In this document: piece after piece, positions 16,935-27,589 of the stretch
Position numbering within the stretch: position 1 is the first letter of the stretch
Layout of the letters: every line of letters begins with the position of its first letter
Origin: Alphaproteobacteria bacterium
GTDB lineage: Bacteria > Pseudomonadota > Alphaproteobacteria > GCA-2731375
Assembly (NCBI GenBank): GCA_965216645.1
Contig: CBDCGJ010000070.1
Location: forward strand, 1 to 64,000
Direction: 5' to 3'
Length of the DNA stretch: 64,000 bases
The notes under the pieces: model-generated
Seen by the model: the letters and a program-made list of their open reading frames with translations, nothing else
Databases searched by the model: none
What the model was told of the DNA's origin: nothing
Made by a program: the position numbers and the translations under genes

Positions 16935-19900
16935 TCAAGCGGGTTCGCCGTTCGACGGTACCGCCAGGTCGGGGGTGTCGCGATCCCGCGCCAAGGTCGT
17001 CAATCCCAGATCGTCGAGAATGGTGTAGAGGGCCGGTACCACCAGTAGGACCATTACCGTCGACGACATCAATCCGAAAACCAAACTGGTCACCAACGGG
17101 ATCAAGATCTGCGCCTGCAGACTGGTTTCCGACAGGATCGGCAGCAGGCCGACGAGCGTCGTTAGCGACGTTAGGAAGATCGCCCGGAAGCGGGCCCGGC
17201 TGGCCTGCGCCGCCGCTTCGTGGATCGTCTCGCCCGCCTCATGACGCAGCTTAGTGAAATTGACCAGCAGGATGGAATTGTTCACCACAACGCCGGCCAA
17301 AGAGACGAAGCCGAGCATACTGGGCATGGAGATATCCAGGCCCATCGCCGCATGGCCCAGGATCATGCCGACCAGAGCCAGGGGAATGGCCAGCAGGACC
17401 ACGATCGGCTCCACATAACTGCGCAGAAGAAAACAAAGCAGCAGGAAGACGCCGATGACGCCGACGGCGAAACCGCCGAGCATGGATTGCTGGGTGATCT
17501 CGGCTTCTTTGTTCTGCCCTTCGAGGGCCAGGCTAACGCCCGGATACCGCTTCAGCAGGTCGGGCATGAAGCGGCGTAGGGTGTCGTTGACGATAGCGTT
17601 GGCGTTGGCCGTCGCCGTGTCCACGTCCCCTTGTATCGTGACCGTCGCCAGGCCGTCGATCCGATTGATCCGGGCGTAGCCGCGGTCGAGGATAAGGTCG
17701 GCGACCGCCGTGATCGGGACCCGAGCGCCGTCGCTCGAGACCACGGCGAAGTCCTCCAGATCCGCTACGCCGCTTTTGTTGGCCCGGTTCAGGCGGACGT
17801 CGATCTCGACCACGTCCGGACCGATCTGGATCTCGTTCACAGTGGTGCCGAAGAAGGCGTTGCGCAACTGCTCGGCCACGGTGCGGCCATCAATGCCCAG
17901 GGTGGCAGCACCGTCCTTCAAGCGGACCCGCACCTCCGGCTTGCCGGGACGCAGGTCGTCGGTCAGATCGTTGACCCCGCGATAGCCAGTCAGCCAGGTC
18001 TGCAGCTCCAGCGACGCCTGCTTCAGCCGATCCAGGTCCTGGCCCTTCAGTCGGATATCAATAGGCAGACCGCCCGGACCCAGCGCCGTTTCGGCGAATT
18101 TCAGGTTGAGAACGTCTGCATGGCTGCCCGTCTCCCGCCGCCAGCGTTCCAGGAGCTGGGCCGCCGACAGGGTACGCAGTTCGGCGCTCAGCAAATCGGC
18201 GGTCACGGTGGCGACATGGCCGCCATTTTCGAACGCGTCCGGATTGTTGTTGAAGCGCAGGGTGATGCTGCGCACCAATTGCTGGCCGTCCGGTTGGGCG
18301 GGCGATAGATCCTCGTCGATGCGGCGAAGCGCCGCCGCAACCTTGTCGACAACCGCCTCTGTCCGCGGTAACGGCGTGCCTTGGGGCAGCAGAATCCGCG
18401 CCTCTATGGTGTCGCTGTCGAGCTCGGGAAAGGCGACGAATTTGAGGTAACCGCCGGCCGGCAGACTAAGCACCAGGATCAACGCCGCCAGCGCGGCGCC
18501 CAGGGTGAGATAACGCCAGCGGATACAGGCGTCGACGGCCGGCCCGACCAATCGTTCCCGCAGCCAGCTTATCCGATCATCGACCCAGCCTTGCACCCGC
18601 CCTTGGCCCATTTGCGCTTTGCTCAAGGCGTGGTTCAGATGGTTGGGCAGGACCAGGAAGGCCTCAACCAGACTGACCGTCAGCACGATCAGCATGACCA
18701 CGGGCACGACCCGCAGCATCTGCCCGATATCGCCTTTGATGAAGGCCAGCGAGCCGAAGATGAAGGTGGTTGTAAAGAACGACGCGGCGACGCTGGGCAG
18801 TACTTCCCGCGCCCCGTCGACGGCGGCGTCGAGCGGCGTTTTGCCGCGCAGGCGATGGCTGGCGATATTTTCGGCGATGACGATGGCGTCGTCCATCAGC
18901 AGCCCGATGGCGATCAGCAGGCCGACCATGGTCAACATATTGATCGAGTAACCGATCACCACCATGGCGACGAAGGCGCCGGCGAAGGAGACCGGCAATC
19001 CCATGGCGACCCAGAAAGAATAGCGCAGGCCAAAGACCAACCACATGACCAGAAAGACCAGCAACAATCCCTGGACGCCGTTGCTAACCAGGAGCTGTAG
19101 GCGGTCGCGGACGATGGAACTGCCGTCGCGGGTCACCGACAGTTTGACTCCGGGCGGCGCCGTCGCCCGCTCCACTTCCAGGAAGGCATTGACCGCGTCG
19201 ATCGCCGTCAAGGTATCCTCCCGCGCCGCCTTGGAAACCTCCAGCAACGCGGCCCGGCGGCCGTCGAACAGGATCTTCTCCTCGTCCAGTTCGAAGCGTT
19301 CCGTCACGTGGGCGATATCGCCCAACCGGATTTGCCCGCCGCCCGACCCGGCGACGACGACCAGATCGAGGAAATCGTTGACCTTGCGGCGCTCGTCGGC
19401 ATAGCGGATTAGCACTTCCCGTTCCGTCGTGAACAGATTGCCAGCCGGCAGGTCGAGGCTTTGCCGCGCTATTTTCTGCGCGATATCGCCGGCGGACAGG
19501 CCGAATTGCCTGAGGACGCGATCGTCCAGTTCGATGCGGATCTGCCGGTCTGAGAAGCCTTTGACGGTGACTTTCGTGATATCCGGCCATTGCAGCATGC
19601 GGGTTTTCACGGCCTCCGCATAGGCCTTCAGGTCCGGCACGGTGGAGGGTTCGGGCAGACTGACGGCAACGGCGGCGACGAAGTCGGTCAGGCCCAATTG
19701 CTTGACGATGGGCGATTCCGCGTTGTCGGGGAAGTCGGTGATCGCGTCGATCTCGGTTTTGATCTCGGCGGTGAAGCGATCCAGGCTCGCCCCTTCCTCC
19801 ATCTCGACCACGGCGCGGGCCAGACCTTCCTTGGCTTCGCAGGCCACTTCGTTGACATCGTTGACGGTGTCCATGGCGTCTTCGATGCGCTGGCAGATCG

Positions 19901-20078
19901 CCTCGCGGATATCCTCGGCTCGCGCGCCCGGATAGGGGACCGCGACCTCGACCCGCCGGGGTTCCAGCCGCGGGAACGTCGCGCGCTGCAGGCTGGGCCA
20001 GGCCAGGATGCCGCCGATCAGGAAGGCCATCATGATCAGGTTGGCCGCGGTCTGATGCCCGGCGAAGAAGCGGATCAC
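16935..20078 (-). CDS. efflux RND transporter permease subunit (AcrB/CzcA superfamily)
   Basis: 1047 aa, 12-TM RND architecture with two large periplasmic loops; its start overlaps the adaptor gene's stop. Confidence 0.85.
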   Translation of the reverse strand: MIRFFAGHQTAANLIMMAFLIGGILAWPSLQRATFPRLEPRRVEVAVPYPGARAEDIREAICQRIEDAMDTVNDVNEVACEAKEGLARAVVEMEEGASLDRFTAEIKTEIDAITDFPDNAESPIVKQLGLTDFVAAVAVSLPEPSTVPDLKAYAEAVKTRMLQWPDITKVTVKGFSDRQIRIELDDRVLRQFGLSAGDIAQKIARQSLDLPAGNLFTTEREVLIRYADERRKVNDFLDLVVVAGSGGGQIRLGDIAHVTERFELDEEKILFDGRRAALLEVSKAAREDTLTAIDAVNAFLEVERATAPPGVKLSVTRDGSSIVRDRLQLLVSNGVQGLLLVFLVMWLVFGLRYSFWVAMGLPVSFAGAFVAMVVIGYSINMLTMVGLLIAIGLLMDDAIVIAENIASHRLRGKTPLDAAVDGAREVLPSVAASFFTTTFIFGSLAFIKGDIGQMLRVVPVVMLIVLTVSLVEAFLVLPNHLNHALSKAQMGQGRVQGWVDDRISWLRERLVGPAVDACIRWRYLTLGAALAALILVLSLPAGGYLKFVAFPELDSDTIEARILLPQGTPLPRTEAVVDKVAAALRRIDEDLSPAQPDGQQLVRSITLRFNNNPDAFENGGHVATVTADLLSAELRTLSAAQLLERWRRETGSHADVLNLKFAETALGPGGLPIDIRLKGQDLDRLKQASLELQTWLTGYRGVNDLTDDLRPGKPEVRVRLKDGAATLGIDGRTVAEQLRNAFFGTTVNEIQIGPDVVEIDVRLNRANKSGVADLEDFAVVSSDGARVPITAVADLILDRGYARINRIDGLATVTIQGDVDTATANANAIVNDTLRRFMPDLLKRYPGVSLALEGQNKEAEITQQSMLGGFAVGVIGVFLLLCFLLRSYVEPIVVLLAIPLALVGMILGHAAMGLDISMPSMLGFVSLAGVVVNNSILLVNFTKLRHEAGETIHEAAAQASRARFRAIFLTSLTTLVGLLPILSETSLQAQILIPLVTSLVFGLMSSTVMVLLVVPALYTILDDLGLTTLARDRDTPDLAVPSNGEPA

Positions 20079-21466
20079 CGGGCCGCCTCCCCGCTCCGCG
20101 CGACCGTCGCCAGCCAGTCGGCGACCGCCGCATCGACATCGGGTTTCAACAGCATCCCCTCGATCGCCGGCGCCAGATCGCTGACCACGATGGTCTCGCC
20201 CGCCGTCAATCCGTCGGTCACGGAGATAATGTCGTCCTGGACCGCGCCGGTTTTCACCGACCGTATTTCCAGTCTGTTTTCGGCATTGACGACGAAAAGC
20301 CTGCCTTCATGCAGGGCCGCCCGTGGGATCAGGAGCTGCCCCGGCACCGCGTCGCGACGCAGTTCCACTTCGACGAACATGCCCTTGGTCAAAGGCGGGC
20401 GTCGGCCCGGAACCGCTTGCTTGTAGCTGTCGCGAACGATGGAGATGATCCCGACGGTCCGCGTACTCTGGTCGATCACGTCGCTGGCCCGAACGATCTC
20501 GCCTCGCCACTCCACCAGCAACTCGCCGGCGCCCAGGCGGACGATCGAATGCAGGCCGATCTGCTTCGCCATCTCCGCCAAAGCCTGGCGCGTGAAGGGT
20601 TCGTTGGCGCGGCCGTCGACGGTCATGCCTTGCCCGATCGACGCAAGCCGGCCGATCGGAAACTGCGCCTCGATCTCCGAAATCCGAATATCGTCCGCGG
20701 TGCCGAGTTTGCTGCCGGCCTGAACGAATTGCGTGACCTCCACATCGACATCGGCGATGCGGGCGGGAAACGGCAGGCGAATGCTGGTGCGGAACAGGTT
20801 GAGCTTGGCGGTCTCGAGATGCGCCTTGTTTACGGAGACCTGCTCGGCCTGAACCGCCTCCTGTGTCGGCAGCAGGCGCAACGAATTCTCCAGATCGCGC
20901 ACCAGTTTGCGTTGCGACAACGTGACCCGGGTTTCGTCATCCACGCGCGCCTGCGGCAGGGTCCCGCTTTTACGCAGGTTTTCGGTTCGTTTCAGCTGCG
21001 TTTCCTGGAGTTGCAGGGAGCGTTTTTCGATTTTCAACAGATCCGTCAAATTCTGTTTATTGACGGCTATTTCAGCCATCTTAGACTCGGCCGCGCGGAT
21101 ATTGGCTTCCGCCTCCGCAATGGCCAGCTCATAGTCGCGGGCGTCGATGCGGATGATTTCCGTGTCCGCCGGCAGCACCGCGCCTTTCTTGAAGTCCGGG
21201 TGGACATAGACGATTTGTCCGGCCACCTGGGCCACCACGTTGAAGACGGCGATGGGACGCACCGTGCCGAAACCGCGCACCCGCGGCACCAGCGCCATTT
21301 CCTCGATCTTGATGACCCGGACATGACGCGCCGCCTCCTCCGGCGGCTTGCGTTCGGGCGGCTTCGCCCCGGAGACGACCCAGAACAAAACGGCCGCGGC
21401 AATCGCCAGGGGCGGGATAAACAAGAGTTTGCGCCACCAAGACGCTTCCGCGCGTTCATCCGCCAT
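20075..21466 (-). CDS. efflux RND transporter periplasmic adaptor (membrane fusion protein, HlyD family)
   Basis: N-terminal TM, long coiled-coil hairpin, beta-barrel and MP domains. The chosen start is MADERAEASWW; the 5' track extension is not supported. Confidence 0.8.
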   Translation of the reverse strand: MADERAEASWWRKLLFIPPLAIAAAVLFWVVSGAKPPERKPPEEAARHVRVIKIEEMALVPRVRGFGTVRPIAVFNVVAQVAGQIVYVHPDFKKGAVLPADTEIIRIDARDYELAIAEAEANIRAAESKMAEIAVNKQNLTDLLKIEKRSLQLQETQLKRTENLRKSGTLPQARVDDETRVTLSQRKLVRDLENSLRLLPTQEAVQAEQVSVNKAHLETAKLNLFRTSIRLPFPARIADVDVEVTQFVQAGSKLGTADDIRISEIEAQFPIGRLASIGQGMTVDGRANEPFTRQALAEMAKQIGLHSIVRLGAGELLVEWRGEIVRASDVIDQSTRTVGIISIVRDSYKQAVPGRRPPLTKGMFVEVELRRDAVPGQLLIPRAALHEGRLFVVNAENRLEIRSVKTGAVQDDIISVTDGLTAGETIVVSDLAPAIEGMLLKPDVDAAVADWLATVARSGEAAR

Positions 21467-21583
21467 CGCAACCCCCGTCGAAGTTTCTCGTAAAAATAGT
21501 GTTAAGGAATACGCGGCGCTGGGCAAGTAAACCTTGGCCCACAACGTTCCGCCGTCTAACATCCGTCGCCGAGGAGTTCAACC

Positions 21584-21973
21584 ATGGCCCGCCGAAATAT
21601 CGACGTCGACAAACCCTGGCACAAGGCATTGCCCTTCGTGCAAAGCGTGGAGGTCTCGGGGCGACTGCTGTTCACTTCCGGGATCACCGCGCGCGACCCG
21701 CAGGGCGTATTGCTCGGCGTCGGCGATATGAAACGGCAAATCGAGGTCTGCTTAGACAATCTTGGCGACGTTCTAAAATCCGCCGATGCGTCCTTCGACA
21801 ATCTCGTGAAAATCGTCATGTATACGACGGATATCGAGACTTTCAGCCAACATCCGGACGCCTGGCGGGGTCACTTCTCGGCAAGGCCTGCCAGCACGCT
21901 GGTCGAGGTTCGCCGCTTGGCGCTGCCCGAAATGATGGTCGAAATCGAAGCCGTGGCGGAATTGGGAGACTGA
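21584..21973 (+). CDS. RidA/YjgF family reactive-intermediate deaminase
   Basis: 129 aa; LLFTSGI...VKIVMYTTDIE...MVEIEAVA are RidA hallmarks. Confidence 0.8.
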   Translation: MARRNIDVDKPWHKALPFVQSVEVSGRLLFTSGITARDPQGVLLGVGDMKRQIEVCLDNLGDVLKSADASFDNLVKIVMYTTDIETFSQHPDAWRGHFSARPASTLVEVRRLALPEMMVEIEAVAELGD

Positions 21974-21974
21974 C

Positions 21975-23276
21975 ATGAACGACTTAAGCCTCACCGCCTT
22001 CGCCGACAAAACCGCGACGGGCATCGCGGACGCCTGCACCCGCTGTGGCGATTGCGTGACGATCTGTCCCGTCGCGCCCCATGCCGGCGTCGCGGATATC
22101 CCTCCCGAACGTGTCGTGGGCGGTATTCTCGAGGTCCTGCGCGGCGACGGCGAAATGGCTGGCGCCGCCGAAGCTTGGGCCGGCCAGTGCGACGGCTGCG
22201 GTAAATGCATTCCCGCCTGTTCGGAAAATATCAATCCCCGGCAGATGTTGATGTTGGCGATGAGCAAAGCCGCCGTCGGCAACAGCAAAACGCCGCAACT
22301 CTTCCGCAAAATGTCCCGCTCAATTCGACTGATGGCGGCGATGCAGTTGGCGCCGGCGGAAATGACGAAACTGCTGCGGCCGCCACGCGCCCGACAGGTT
22401 CCGGTGGTATTTTACACTGGGTGCAACGCCATCAAGACGCCGCATCTTTTGTTCAATGCCATGTATGCCTTGGATGCGATCGAAGTCGACTACGAGGTTC
22501 TGGGCGGACCGGCCGCCTGCTGCGGCATCATTCACACCAAGTGGGAGGGTAAGGCCGACGCCGGCGGCAAAGTCACCAATGGCACGCTGAACCGCTTCGG
22601 CGACTTCCAACCGGATCGCGTGCTGAGCTGGTGTCCCTCCTGCCAGCTTCACATCGGCGAAACCCTGTCCGATTATCGCCGGACCGAATTCGCGTTCGAG
22701 CATGTGACGGCCTTTCTGCTCGAGCACCAGGACAAACTGCGCCGGCAATATCGCGCCGAGGTGCCGCTCAACATCCTCCTTCATGCCCATGAAGGCATGG
22801 CCGATTTAGGCGAAAATGTCGCCGCCCTGCTCCGCGATCTACCGGGTCTGTCGATCGCCGGGATCGCGTGGGAATCCGGCTATACCTGCGGCGGTTCCGG
22901 CGCCGACCGGTCGCCGACATTGAAAGCGGTCCGTCGCGAAGCGACGGTGGACTGGGCCAAGCGGCCGGAGATTGACGCCTTGGTGTCGCTTTACCATGGC
23001 TGCCACGGCCAATTGGCGACATTGACCGAAACCATCGGCAAGCCGGTGGTCAATTTTACCGACCTCTTGGTCCGCGCCCTCGGCGGCGAGCCGCATAAGG
23101 ATGCGTTGGACGGTTGGCGCATCGCCACCGACTGGCACGCCTTGGCGGCGGACCGGCAAGCCCAACTGCGGGCAAACGGTATGGAGCTCGAACCGGACTG
23201 GCTCGCTGACGTGCTGCCCGACGTCTTCGCCGGTAAGGAATTCGCCGGCGGCCTCGACGTCTTCGCCAAGCCATAA
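21975..23276 (+). CDS. (Fe-S)-binding oxidoreductase (GlcF/HdrD/GlpC-like: N-terminal 4Fe-4S dicluster plus CCG domains)
   Basis: CTRCGDCVTICP and CDGCGKCIPAC ferredoxin motifs, followed by Cys-rich CCG-like regions (CCGII...CPSCQLH...). Confidence 0.6.
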   Translation: MNDLSLTAFADKTATGIADACTRCGDCVTICPVAPHAGVADIPPERVVGGILEVLRGDGEMAGAAEAWAGQCDGCGKCIPACSENINPRQMLMLAMSKAAVGNSKTPQLFRKMSRSIRLMAAMQLAPAEMTKLLRPPRARQVPVVFYTGCNAIKTPHLLFNAMYALDAIEVDYEVLGGPAACCGIIHTKWEGKADAGGKVTNGTLNRFGDFQPDRVLSWCPSCQLHIGETLSDYRRTEFAFEHVTAFLLEHQDKLRRQYRAEVPLNILLHAHEGMADLGENVAALLRDLPGLSIAGIAWESGYTCGGSGADRSPTLKAVRREATVDWAKRPEIDALVSLYHGCHGQLATLTETIGKPVVNFTDLLVRALGGEPHKDALDGWRIATDWHALAADRQAQLRANGMELEPDWLADVLPDVFAGKEFAGGLDVFAKP

Positions 23277-23290
23277 AAAGCGCTCAATTC

Positions 23291-23992
23291 ATGCAGACTC
23301 TCAACTTCGACCGCCGTTACTGCGGCCCGCCCGCATCGACCAATGGCGGTATCGCGGCGGGTACTTTGGCCGAAGGCATGGGCGGTGCCGTCAAGGTACG
23401 TCTCATACGGCCGGTGCCCTATGATCAAGATATCCGCGTCCGTGCGGAAGACAATCAACGCACGGCCTTCGACGAGGACGGCGATATCTACCGGGCTTGG
23501 CGGGAGCCTTTGGAACTGGACGTGCCGATGTTGCCGGACAAAGCGGCACTCGAAGTCGCCGCGGCCCGGCACTACACGCCGGCGGACAGCCAGTTCGACA
23601 ATTGCTTCGTTTGCGGCCACAAACGGCCGGTTGGTCAGGGTCTCCGCATTCACACCGGTTGTGCCGCGGACGGCGAAGAATTCGCCGCCGCCCTCTGGCG
23701 GCCCCATGCCGATTTCGCCAACGACACCGGTGCCTTACCTCTGCCGATGGTATGGGGGAGCATGGATTGTCCCGGTGCCGTCGCCGCGATGCTGTTGACG
23801 ACGGCGCATATGCTGACCGGCGAAATGCATGTGCAGGTTTTCCGCCCAGTACTCGTCGACCGGCCGCATACCGTCCTGGCCTGGCCGCTTTGGACCGAAG
23901 GCCGGAAGATCGAAACCGGCACGGCCTTGTTCGACGAACAGGGCGATATCTGCGCCAAAGGAAAGCAGCTCTGGATTACCGTGTCCGGTTAG
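23291..23992 (+). CDS. hypothetical protein, possibly hotdog-fold thioesterase-like
   Basis: 233-aa ORF; the NCFVCG motif and length suggest a PaaI/4HBT-like fold. This is a weak inference. Confidence 0.3.
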   Translation: MQTLNFDRRYCGPPASTNGGIAAGTLAEGMGGAVKVRLIRPVPYDQDIRVRAEDNQRTAFDEDGDIYRAWREPLELDVPMLPDKAALEVAAARHYTPADSQFDNCFVCGHKRPVGQGLRIHTGCAADGEEFAAALWRPHADFANDTGALPLPMVWGSMDCPGAVAAMLLTTAHMLTGEMHVQVFRPVLVDRPHTVLAWPLWTEGRKIETGTALFDEQGDICAKGKQLWITVSG

Positions 23993-23993
23993 C

Positions 23994-26033
23994 CTAGTCG
24001 GTCTGCAACAAGGCTTCGAACAATGGTTTCGGCACCGCCTTCGAAAACAGGAAACCTTGAAACTGGTCGCAATTTCGTTCCATCAGGAATTTGAATTGCT
24101 CTTCCGTTTCGACCCCTTCGGCGACTGTTTTCAAGTTCAAGCTTTGGGCCAATCGTAGGATCGCCATGGTAATCGCCGCATCCTCCGGATGAGACGGAAT
24201 GCCGGCGATGAACGACTGATCCACCTTGAGAGCGTCGAAAGGAAATTCCTTCAAATAGCTCATGGACGAGAAGCCCGTGCCGAAGTCGTCGATCGCCAGC
24301 GACACGCCGAGCTTACGGATTTCCGCCAATTTACCGCGGACAAGTTCGGCACCGTACATCACCATTCCCTCGGTAATCTCGACCTCCAACTGCGTCGCCG
24401 GTAATCCGCTGTCCGCCAGGTTCTGCCCGATATACTCGACGATGTCCGGTCGGCGAAAGTCGACGGGAGAAAGATTTACCGAGAGAACCAGGTGGTCTTG
24501 GAACTTTCGGGACCATTCCGCCATATCCCGACAGGCGGTTTGCATGACCACGTCGGTAATCTTCGTGATCAGGCCCGTGCTTTCCGCGACAGGCACAAAT
24601 TCGGCGGGCGAAATATGGCCGTGCGCCGGATCGTTCAGACGGACCAGTGCCTCCGCACCGACAATCCGGCGGTCGTCGGCGCTATAGCGCGGTTGGTAGT
24701 GAACTTCCAAGCCGCCATTGTCGAGCGCCTGACGCAAAATGCCTTCCAGCTCATGCCGGCGGCGCACGGACGCCTGCATATCGCTGTCGAAGAGTTGGAA
24801 GCGACCGCGTCCCTCCTCCTTTGCGCGGTAAAGGGCAAGTTCCGCGTTTTGTAGCAACTGACTGGAATCGTTGACATCGTCAGGGAATATGGTCACACCC
24901 ACACTGGCCGTGGTGTGGAGCTGCGAATCATTGATTAAGTATGCTCGAGCCAAGCCGGAGATAATTCGGTTAGCGAAATTTCCGACACTATCCTGATGAT
25001 TGGCGTGACTTCGGATGATGGCGAATTCGTCGCCGCCGAGACGGGCCACCATGTCCGTCTCCCGCGTTGCTTCTTGCAGACGTTCGGCGACCTGAAGCAG
25101 CAGCGAATCTCCCGCGTCATGTCCCAACGTGTCGTTTAGATCCTTGAAGTTATCGATATCGATTACATAGACCGCGACTTGGTCGCCGGAGCGCCGGGCA
25201 TGCTCGATGGTTTCCTTCAAACGATCGGAGAACAGCCGCCGGTTGGGGAGCGCGGTGAGCGGGTCGAGATGGCCCAATTGCTCCAACGCCATGCCCTGGG
25301 CTTGGCGTTTTTCCAAAGCGGTGTTGATTGCGGCCGCCAATTGACTGAGTTCGTCGTCGCCTTCGATATCGATATTACCGGTCTGATCCGAATCCGCGAG
25401 CGCTCTGGTTTGACTGAGGATATCGGAAATCGGATACAACACACCGCGCAGCAGCACGATGGCCGCCATAGCGCCGATGATTCCGGATACGCCAGCCATT
25501 AAACTTAACGCGTAACGCGGTTGCGCCGCGAGATTTTGCAAGTCGAGCAGGCGCAGGATATTGCCGCTTTGAGTGCGCCGCAGGACGTCCGTCTTGAACC
25601 AGGCATTCAAGGCGCGATATTGCTCTTGAAACGCCGACAGGGTCTTGTTTCGGTGGGAGGTCGGCGCGGCGATCGCGACACGGGCGAGCCGATCCAGCCG
25701 ATGCATCCGCTGGACGACGTCCCGTGCTTGAAGGGCGGTTTTCCATCCCGCGAGTTTTTTTGCCGTTTGATCGAATTCGCCGACGAGTTCGGCCAACCTG
25801 TCAGGCGCCGGGGCCCGCGCCTTGACGGTACCGGCAACCAACGCCTCATACTCGCTCAACAAGGCCTGCAATCTCAGTGCAGCGCGTTCTCTCGGCGCAT
25901 CCAGCGTGGTGTAGCGCATAATACCGTCTTCGAGCCGCTTGACGACGAATAGCGTCGCGATACTCGTCACAAACATCAGAAAGACCAGAACACCGATCGT
26001 CAAGGCGATCCGGCCGCCGATATTCATCCTCAT
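23994..26033 (-). CDS. membrane-anchored diguanylate cyclase/phosphodiesterase (GGDEF plus EAL domains)
   Basis: RLGGDEFAII is an intact GGDEF motif; the EAL domain has EALVRL...DDFGTGFSS...KVDQSFI; N-terminal TM plus HAMP-like linker. The start was chosen at MRMNIGG. Confidence 0.8.
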   Translation of the reverse strand: MRMNIGGRIALTIGVLVFLMFVTSIATLFVVKRLEDGIMRYTTLDAPRERAALRLQALLSEYEALVAGTVKARAPAPDRLAELVGEFDQTAKKLAGWKTALQARDVVQRMHRLDRLARVAIAAPTSHRNKTLSAFQEQYRALNAWFKTDVLRRTQSGNILRLLDLQNLAAQPRYALSLMAGVSGIIGAMAAIVLLRGVLYPISDILSQTRALADSDQTGNIDIEGDDELSQLAAAINTALEKRQAQGMALEQLGHLDPLTALPNRRLFSDRLKETIEHARRSGDQVAVYVIDIDNFKDLNDTLGHDAGDSLLLQVAERLQEATRETDMVARLGGDEFAIIRSHANHQDSVGNFANRIISGLARAYLINDSQLHTTASVGVTIFPDDVNDSSQLLQNAELALYRAKEEGRGRFQLFDSDMQASVRRRHELEGILRQALDNGGLEVHYQPRYSADDRRIVGAEALVRLNDPAHGHISPAEFVPVAESTGLITKITDVVMQTACRDMAEWSRKFQDHLVLSVNLSPVDFRRPDIVEYIGQNLADSGLPATQLEVEITEGMVMYGAELVRGKLAEIRKLGVSLAIDDFGTGFSSMSYLKEFPFDALKVDQSFIAGIPSHPEDAAITMAILRLAQSLNLKTVAEGVETEEQFKFLMERNCDQFQGFLFSKAVPKPLFEALLQTD

Positions 26034-26220
26034 ACTGACAACCCAAATCCTACGCAAACAGACGCCGGCCAAGCCGGCAAATTAGCGAATCAAGATATAC
26101 AATCCAATACTTGGTGGGAATTGTCCAATAACTATGTTTTTGGCAAAATTATTGTATTTCCCGTACTATTCCGACAAACGCGCCTACTGATGATTTGGCG
26201 GACTTGGAGATGGAAATGAA

Positions 26221-26480
26221 ATGACGCACGCCAATTGGTATTTCGATTTCATATCGCCCTTCGCCTATTTGCAGCTGCATCGTTTTGACAGATTGCCCGA
26301 CGATATAACCGTGACCATAAAACCCGTCCTATTCGCGGGTTTGTTGGAGCATTGGGGTCAACTGGGGCCGGCGGAAATCGAGCCGAAACGCCGTTTTGTC
26401 TACCGTTTCTTCAAATGGCGGGCGTCCCGGCGCGGGTTGCCTTTCCGCATGCCGCCGAGCCATCCTTTCAATCCCTGGCC
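26221..26480 (+). pseudogene. 2-hydroxychromene-2-carboxylate isomerase-like (DsbA-like) gene, apparently truncated
   Basis: The N-terminal ~87 aa, WYFDFISPFAYL...GLPFRMPPSHPFNPWPALRW, match the HCCA-isomerase/DsbA-like family from recall. The frame then degenerates, and there is no room for the ~110-aa remainder before the next gene at 26639. Confidence 0.4.
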
Positions 26481-26638
26481 GGCCCTGCGCTGGACATACT
26501 GCTGGATTTCACCGCTAATCCGAACTTGTTCGAGGATACGGAAATGCAACGCCTGTCGACCATGCCAAAGGGCCGTCAACAGCGGAAGTGACGGCACTGA
26601 ACTACGCATAGACGAAAATTCATATGGAGGAATACGAG

Positions 26639-27583
26639 ATGCGATTTGGCTTTTATTTGCCGACCCGGGGGCCAACGGCAACACGCGAAGATCTGGCCAA
26701 AATCGTCGGGCGGGCGGAAGCGCTGGGCTTCGATTCCGTGATGATCGCCGATCACATCGTCTTCCCGACGGAGATCGAGTCGAAATATCCCTACACGGTG
26801 ACCGGCGCCTTTCCCGGCCATGGCGACGCGCTGGAGCAGCTGGCGCTGATGGCCTTCATCGCGGGCAAGACGGAACGGCTGCGCCTCGTCAGCAGCATCA
26901 TGGTGATCCCCTACCGTAATCCGATCCTGACCGCCAAGGCGCTCGCCACCATCGACGTGCTGTCCGGCGGCCGGGTGACGGTCGGGGTCGGGGTCGGTTG
27001 GATGCGCGAGGAATTCGAAGCCCTCGATTCCCCCCCATTCGAAGCGCGCGGCGCCTCGACCGACGAATATCTCCGCATCTTCAAAAAACTTTGGACGGAC
27101 GAGGTCGTCGAACATGACGGCGAGCATTATAGTTTCAAAGCTTTACGCTGTGATCCGAAACCGATACAGAAACCGCACCCGCCGATCTGGATCGGCGGAC
27201 ACAGCCGCCCGGCGCTGCGCCGCACGGCTCGTCTCGGCGACGGCTGGCATCCGGTTGGCGCCAATGCGGCCGTGCCGTTGAAGCCCGACGAGCTGTCGCC
27301 GATGCTGAGCGAGTTGAAGCAATTGACGGAGGCTGAAGGACGGGACTTCGAAGCCCTGACCATCTCCTTCAAGGCGCCGATCTACGATCCGGGGGCGTCG
27401 TTGCCGGATGGCGAACGCCGCCCCTTCACGGGTCCGGCCGCTCAGGTATTGGAGGATGTCGAGACCTATCGCGGGCTCGGCATTTCCGAACTGATCTTCG
27501 ATTTCCGCAGCGACAGCGTCGAGGAAAGCCTGGCGCGTATGGACGAGTTCGCGGCGACAATCTTGCAGCCGTTGAGAGGATAA
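26639..27583 (+). CDS. LLM-class flavin/F420-dependent oxidoreductase
   Basis: MRFGFYLPTRGP...ALGFDSVMIADHIV...VTVGVGVGWMREEF; its stop lies 7 nt before the next gene. Confidence 0.7.
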   Translation: MRFGFYLPTRGPTATREDLAKIVGRAEALGFDSVMIADHIVFPTEIESKYPYTVTGAFPGHGDALEQLALMAFIAGKTERLRLVSSIMVIPYRNPILTAKALATIDVLSGGRVTVGVGVGWMREEFEALDSPPFEARGASTDEYLRIFKKLWTDEVVEHDGEHYSFKALRCDPKPIQKPHPPIWIGGHSRPALRRTARLGDGWHPVGANAAVPLKPDELSPMLSELKQLTEAEGRDFEALTISFKAPIYDPGASLPDGERRPFTGPAAQVLEDVETYRGLGISELIFDFRSDSVEESLARMDEFAATILQPLRG

Positions 27584-27589
27584 ACCCCG

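Noticed and set aside
16935-21466. RND efflux pair lacking an outer-membrane factor
   Set aside because: Stand-alone permease-adaptor pairs that borrow a TolC-like channel encoded elsewhere are common, so this is not anomalous.
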